A stretch of 63,994 nucleotides of DNA, the filler included, from Stramenopiles sp. TOSAG23-2 (taxonomy: Eukaryota): assembly GCA_900128395.1 (NCBI GenBank). It is 3 parts of 3 records of this genome, joined end to end, with 100 filler letters (N's around TTAATTAATTAA, not from the genome) between each part and the next. Parts side by side here need not be neighbours in the genome. Positions count along the whole stretch, not along the records: positions 31,212 to 62,276 come from LT649378.1; positions 62,377 to 63,994 come from LT652595.1; 1 more part is not named here. One strand, written 5' to 3'. Of this stretch, positions 59,501 through 63,994 are shown in pieces; positions within the stretch are counted from its first letter, which is position 1, and each line of letters begins with the position of its first letter. The notes under the pieces were generated by a model that had not been told where the DNA came from, made no database searches, and was given only the letters and a program-made list of their open reading frames with translations. Position numbers and translations under genes: made by a program.

Positions 59501-60732
59501 TCACTTCTTTTTACTTTGATTACTTTTCGTACTGCTTGATCGCGTCTTCTTCTTCTTCTTGATATTATTCACTTTCTCCATCATTTTATTGTTGTTGTTA
59601 TTATTATTCGACTTCTTATTATACCTTGCTCCATCATCATATGGTTTATATGTACCCATTAATACATCCCAATACATGAAATATTGTGCATAGTTATTAT
59701 ACCTTGCTCCATCATCATATGGTTTATATGTACCCATTAATACATCCCAATACATGAAATATTGTGCATAGTTTGATTTTGGATTTCGATGATGCATTTC
59801 ATGTGCAGCAACGGAATATTCAAATCCAAAACCATAAAATTTAACATCATACGGTGTATGATTTAATATCGCTAACAATGCATATATATTAAAATAGATA
59901 AACATGGAAACAATATGTATCGTTGTTACATATGAAATTAAACGAATTGCAAGAAATACACAACCTAATCCAATTAATTGTTCCAATGGATGTTCATTGC
60001 CTGCATCTAAATACCCACGTTCTGGTAATGGTTGTCGATGATGATGTTTATGTATCCATGGATATATCGGACCCCAATGCATGAAACGATGTGAGATGGC
60101 ATAAAAAAAATCATCTGCTAAAAACAATAAATAAAATGAAAGGAATGTATTTATTATATTCATTTCATCCATTGATTTAATAATATATTTATCATTTAAA
60201 ACAAAGACACATAAATGATGTACAAATATTGTTTCAACAAATGAATTAGCAAATAAAAATAAATAATCAATGATTTGCAATGCTTCCAAACCTTTTGCTC
60301 GTTTATTATTTTCCCTATATTTTAATTTCTTCGTATTCCGTATAAAACACAATACAATAGATTCTAATATACCTAAACCAATTGCTTTCATAATATATAA
60401 TCCAACCCATATATGTAGCTTTAATTGAAATGGATTAAATAAATATGGCAACGTATTTACATTAGATAATTGCAACGTTAATAACATTGCGATCGGCCAT
60501 ATTAATGCTTTGATTGGCTTGATATGATGTTTTTGTTTGGGTGGTATGTAAATTGGTAAGATATAATTTGTAATGATCATCGTATCGGCCATATTAATGC
60601 TTTGATTGGCTTGATATGATGTTTTTGTTTGGGTGGTATGTAAATTGGTAAGATATAATTTGTAATGATCATCGTACTTGCAAGTATGATACATGTTGCT
60701 GGTATATTTTTTATATTACTGGATATGTCCAT
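59501..60732 (-). CDS. Fatty acid hydroxylase / sterol desaturase superfamily; true start probably 60732 once a 92-nt duplication is removed
   Basis: His boxes HRFMH, HKHHH, LNH, HEMHH, then NYAQYFMYWD. Collapsing 60492-60675 gives MDISSNIKNIPATCIILASTMIITNY... in frame. Confidence 0.88.
59616..59771. repeat. Exact 78-nt in-frame tandem duplication
   Basis: 59616-59693 is identical to 59694-59771 (NYAQYFMYWDVLMGTYKPYDDGARYN twice). Confidence 0.9.
60492..60675. repeat. Exact 92-nt tandem duplication (frameshifting; probable artefact)
   Basis: 60492-60583 is identical to 60584-60675. Confidence 0.9.
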
Positions 60733-61748
60733 GATGTTAAAAATTGGAATATTCCAAAAATATAAAAATTATTGAATTTTACGAGGTGTTATACACAAGT
60801 ATTATGTTTTTCATTCAATACAATTCTTTCTTTATTATTTACGAGTAGTATATATATATATGGTGGATCTTTGATATATTAAAATAAATATGTTTATATA
60901 TCACACAACTATCTTTTACATTTATGTACAACATACATCTTAATCTCTATATCTCGTTTATTAAATTTTTTTTTTAAAAATGCACGTGCGCACGCGTGCC
61001 TTTGATGATTTGTTGTTGAGCTGAAATATTTTCTAATATTAGTATACTATATAATGTACTTAAAGTATTCCTAAATAAAAGAGCAAAAAAGGTTAAGGTG
61101 CTTTTGCGTTGCAGATTGTTTCAGAGAGAGTTCTCTCTGATTGTTTTAAGGGAATTTCCGTTAAATATGTGTGGCTTGAGATGATGGATCCTATGTGATT
61201 ATTAGTGTAGTAGCTATAACGAGTACAGTATACGAATAGCATAGCGGGGTTTCCTGAGTATTAGTATAGGGATCGAGATTTTGGACTTTTGTGGACCTCT
61301 AAACACCTTAACCTTGGGAATATTGGTGGTATACTCGTATTAATACTTAGAGTATATAAAGAAAAGATTTAAGATCATCACACCATAGATAGGGCCATCA
61401 CACTTTTAGTCTCTATAACTTCTCTGTTGTCCTCTCTGCTGTTGTTTATGAGTTATTTGCACTTTGCAAAAGCGGGCACAAGATTTCCTCCTGGATTTCA
61501 GTTATTTATTGGAACATTAAATTTATATTTAAATTGAATGAAGTATGAAGTACACTATCTATATATTCTTTTCTATTCCACTTAAATAATATTGATAGCA
61601 TACATATTTATAGGTGTTTATTTTAATTAACTATATTATTATTGATAAGATTTATATATATATATATATATAGAAGAAAGAGAATCGTGGAAGAAAAAAA
61701 AGAAGAAATCAGTGTGTTGTATATATTAATCTATTATAGTGTACAAAA

Positions 61749-62276
61749 ATGATGTGTTGGAAATTGATGATTATATTGGCGTTTGTGTTGTCCTGTACTT
61801 CGAGTGCAAAAGTCATACGTACAGTTGCAGCAAATGGACAAGGTATTGATAGACGTGGATGTGGTGTTGAAGGAAATATTTATTGTAATACTACACAATT
61901 TGCTATATTTGAATCAAATAATGGTGATGAAATTGTATTATTAAAAGGTATTCATACGTGTGATACTAATATTACAAGCGTACTATATGGCCGTAGTACT
62001 GGTGGTATCAGATTTGTACAACGTGATGGAACCACTGCTATTAGTGGAATATTCATACATGGTGCTAACAATACTAGAAATGATAATGTTATATTTGATT
62101 GTAAGCATACAAAACGTGCATTTGCATTTATGAGTGAAAGCGAAGGTTTGAATACTGCATTGAGTAATTTTAGTATTTCTAATGGGAGTGATTATCTTGG
62201 AGGTGGTGTATATATTGAAGCACAAGCTCAACCTATATTTAATCATGTCATTTGGATTCGTAATGTAGCACAAGGT
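61749..62276 (+). CDS. Secreted/surface protein with pectin-lyase-like / Pmp-like repeats (3' truncated)
   Basis: Signal peptide; GDEIVLLKGIH, IFDC..RAF, ISNG...GGGVYI....F...N.A; ends at the spacer. Confidence 0.75.
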
Positions 62277-62376
62277 NNNNNNNNNNNNNNNNNNNNNNNN
62301 NNNNNNNNNNNNNNNNNNNNTTAATTAATTAANNNNNNNNNNNNNNNNNNNNNNNNNNNNNNNNNNNNNNNNNNNN
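62277..62376. other. Artificial contig-join spacer
   Basis: 44 N + TTAATTAATTAA + 44 N, identical to 31112-31211. Confidence 0.97.
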
Positions 62377-62750
62377 TTTACCTATATAATATGTTATTTA
62401 TCAATATCGGCCAGAAAAGTCCTCTCTCAGAAAAACGGGGTCATATATGTGTATATATATACGACGACGGCTCGCATATTATTTTGAAGAGTAGGGGGAA
62501 TTATCATATCATATATATTTTATGTGAGTAAATTAAAAAATACGTAAAGTATTAGCAGAGGTGCATTTAGAGCTTTACTATAGTAGGATATAGAAAAATA
62601 TTATTCTTGCGATTGAGTATTGAGCATATTACTTTTAACACGAGAAGTGTAAAACTATTTATAACTTAGATTTTAACCAACCATCAATATAATTTTACTC
62701 TTGCACACTCTTCTCCAATTTTTTTTATATTTTTTGAATTTTTTAAAAAA

Positions 62751-63994
62751 TCAACTTCTTTTCACATACCACATAAACACTTCATCTTCCATATATAAAA
62801 TATTGTCTTCTAAATTATCATATATGTAATCTAATAAACGTAATTCATCATTGTTATTGTTTTTCTTTAAAAATCGAAAGACGATTAAATTTTCATTTGT
62901 ATAACGTGCATGTGATTGAAACACAGTGATTAAAGGTGTTTTTTTTCGTTCCGAATCAAAAACAAATATTTGACTTAATGATTTTGACAATGGATTAATA
63001 TTCATATAAGAACGAAATGATAAATAATCTTTTTTAGAACCATCAACAAATGCACATATGTTTAATCTATAGTTCTGCGCAAGTTTATATTTTGCATAGC
63101 GATATGCCTTTATAGCGCATCCATAGCTGCTGCGATGTGCCAATATTGTAATGTAATTCGCTTTTGATTTTTGAACTAAAATATCCCATGCAATTTTACA
63201 ACGCACGGTTTGTAAATCATCGTTGGTATGTACATAATTTTGATAATAAGTTGCACGAATAGCTCGAGCTTGTTCCTTGATTAGTTTTTCATCATAAACA
63301 TTCATTAAACTATCCATTAATTTTTCTAAACTTACAACTTCATTTCCAATAGTCATAATTCTTTCAATATCTGCAATTAATTTTTTTTTCATAGCTTTCA
63401 TTTGATATTGCAGATTTTCTTCTTCATCAACTAGACTATTATTACTGTCATTATTTTTCAATATTTTCTCCGCTTTTAAATTATCAACAGCATCAGCATC
63501 TTCTTCTGATATCTCTGGCAACATATGGTATTCTTCCGTCGTATTTAAAATAATAACACCATCACCATCTTCAATACATTGTTCTAATAGTAGAAGCATC
63601 GATCCATAACTTAAGCCACCATTTGCTATACAATTTCTAATGGACCATATACCAGGATATTTACTTAAATGCGATGGGACTATAACAATTAATCTTTCAC
63701 TTGTTTGCCAATTAGCAGAGACGTATAATGGGCTATTTAAATTATCATCCAATGTTAAATGCAATGGTGACATATTTAAACTTTCTATCATAGTTTGCAA
63801 AACTGTTTTACAAGTAAATTTTGTAACCATATCCTGAAACGATTGCTCATTTACAATATTTTCTGATGATAAATATATATGTGAAATGGATGATGCTCTA
63901 TTGTTCCTGCTATTCGATGCCACATTCGCCTTTTCCTCTTTATCATCAATAACATCCGATTTTGTAAATTTTAATAATCCACTATTGTCATAAA
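62751..63994 (-). CDS. Arb2/FAM172A-like alpha/beta-hydrolase-fold protein (5' end beyond the window)
   Basis: RLIVIVP..PGIWS.RNCI..GLSYGSM..CIEDGDGVIILN and AWDILVQ..ITILAH resemble FAM172A blocks; frame open to the window end. Confidence 0.65.
   Translation of the reverse strand, partial: YDNSGLLKFTKSDVIDDKEEKANVASNSRNNRASSISHIYLSSENIVNEQSFQDMVTKFTCKTVLQTMIESLNMSPLHLTLDDNLNSPLYVSANWQTSERLIVIVPSHLSKYPGIWSIRNCIANGGLSYGSMLLLLEQCIEDGDGVIILNTTEEYHMLPEISEEDADAVDNLKAEKILKNNDSNNSLVDEEENLQYQMKAMKKKLIADIERIMTIGNEVVSLEKLMDSLMNVYDEKLIKEQARAIRATYYQNYVHTNDDLQTVRCKIAWDILVQKSKANYITILAHRSSYGCAIKAYRYAKYKLAQNYRLNICAFVDGSKKDYLSFRSYMNINPLSKSLSQIFVFDSERKKTPLITVFQSHARYTNENLIVFRFLKKNNNNDELRLLDYIYDNLEDNILYMEDEVFMWYVKRS

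Overview
AT-rich, gene-dense, intron-poor eukaryotic nuclear DNA. The beta-tubulin sequence suggests a stramenopile-like protist (inference). The window is three contigs joined by artificial 100-nt spacers (44 N + TTAATTAATTAA + 44 N at 31112-31211 and 62277-62376), so adjacency across them is meaningless. About 30 genes or fragments are supportable: an MFS transporter, a DnaJ-IQ protein, a CAMKK-like kinase, a NIPA Mg transporter, ankyrin and WD40 proteins, a head-to-head beta-tubulin pair, a divergent ARF-like GTPase, PITP, a peroxisomal enoyl-CoA isomerase, PEX11, a DedA/VTT protein, RCC1, an EF-hand protein, a DNAJC17-like protein, two fatty-acid-hydroxylase-family genes, two beta-helix proteins and an Arb2/FAM172A-like protein. 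Highlights not evident from the ORF track: (1) three ORFs plus a hidden 86-nt exon splice into one ~2316-aa membrane protein with a fibronectin type II domain, a Cys-rich segment and EF-hands; (2) a signal-peptide FN3/atypical-kinase/FN3 protein with an SFLE motif; (3) RCC1 with an N-terminal segment resembling the conserved Nup50/Nup2 helical region; (4) an orphan CLC-channel CBS fragment between two hairpin elements; (5) a five-gene lipid/peroxisome run; (6) recurrent promoter and tail-to-tail DNA motifs. Many 78-150-nt tandem duplications are probably assembly artefacts (55-nt signatures; removing them restores reading frames). No tRNA, rRNA or CRISPR array was recognised. All family calls come from reading motifs by eye, not from database searches.
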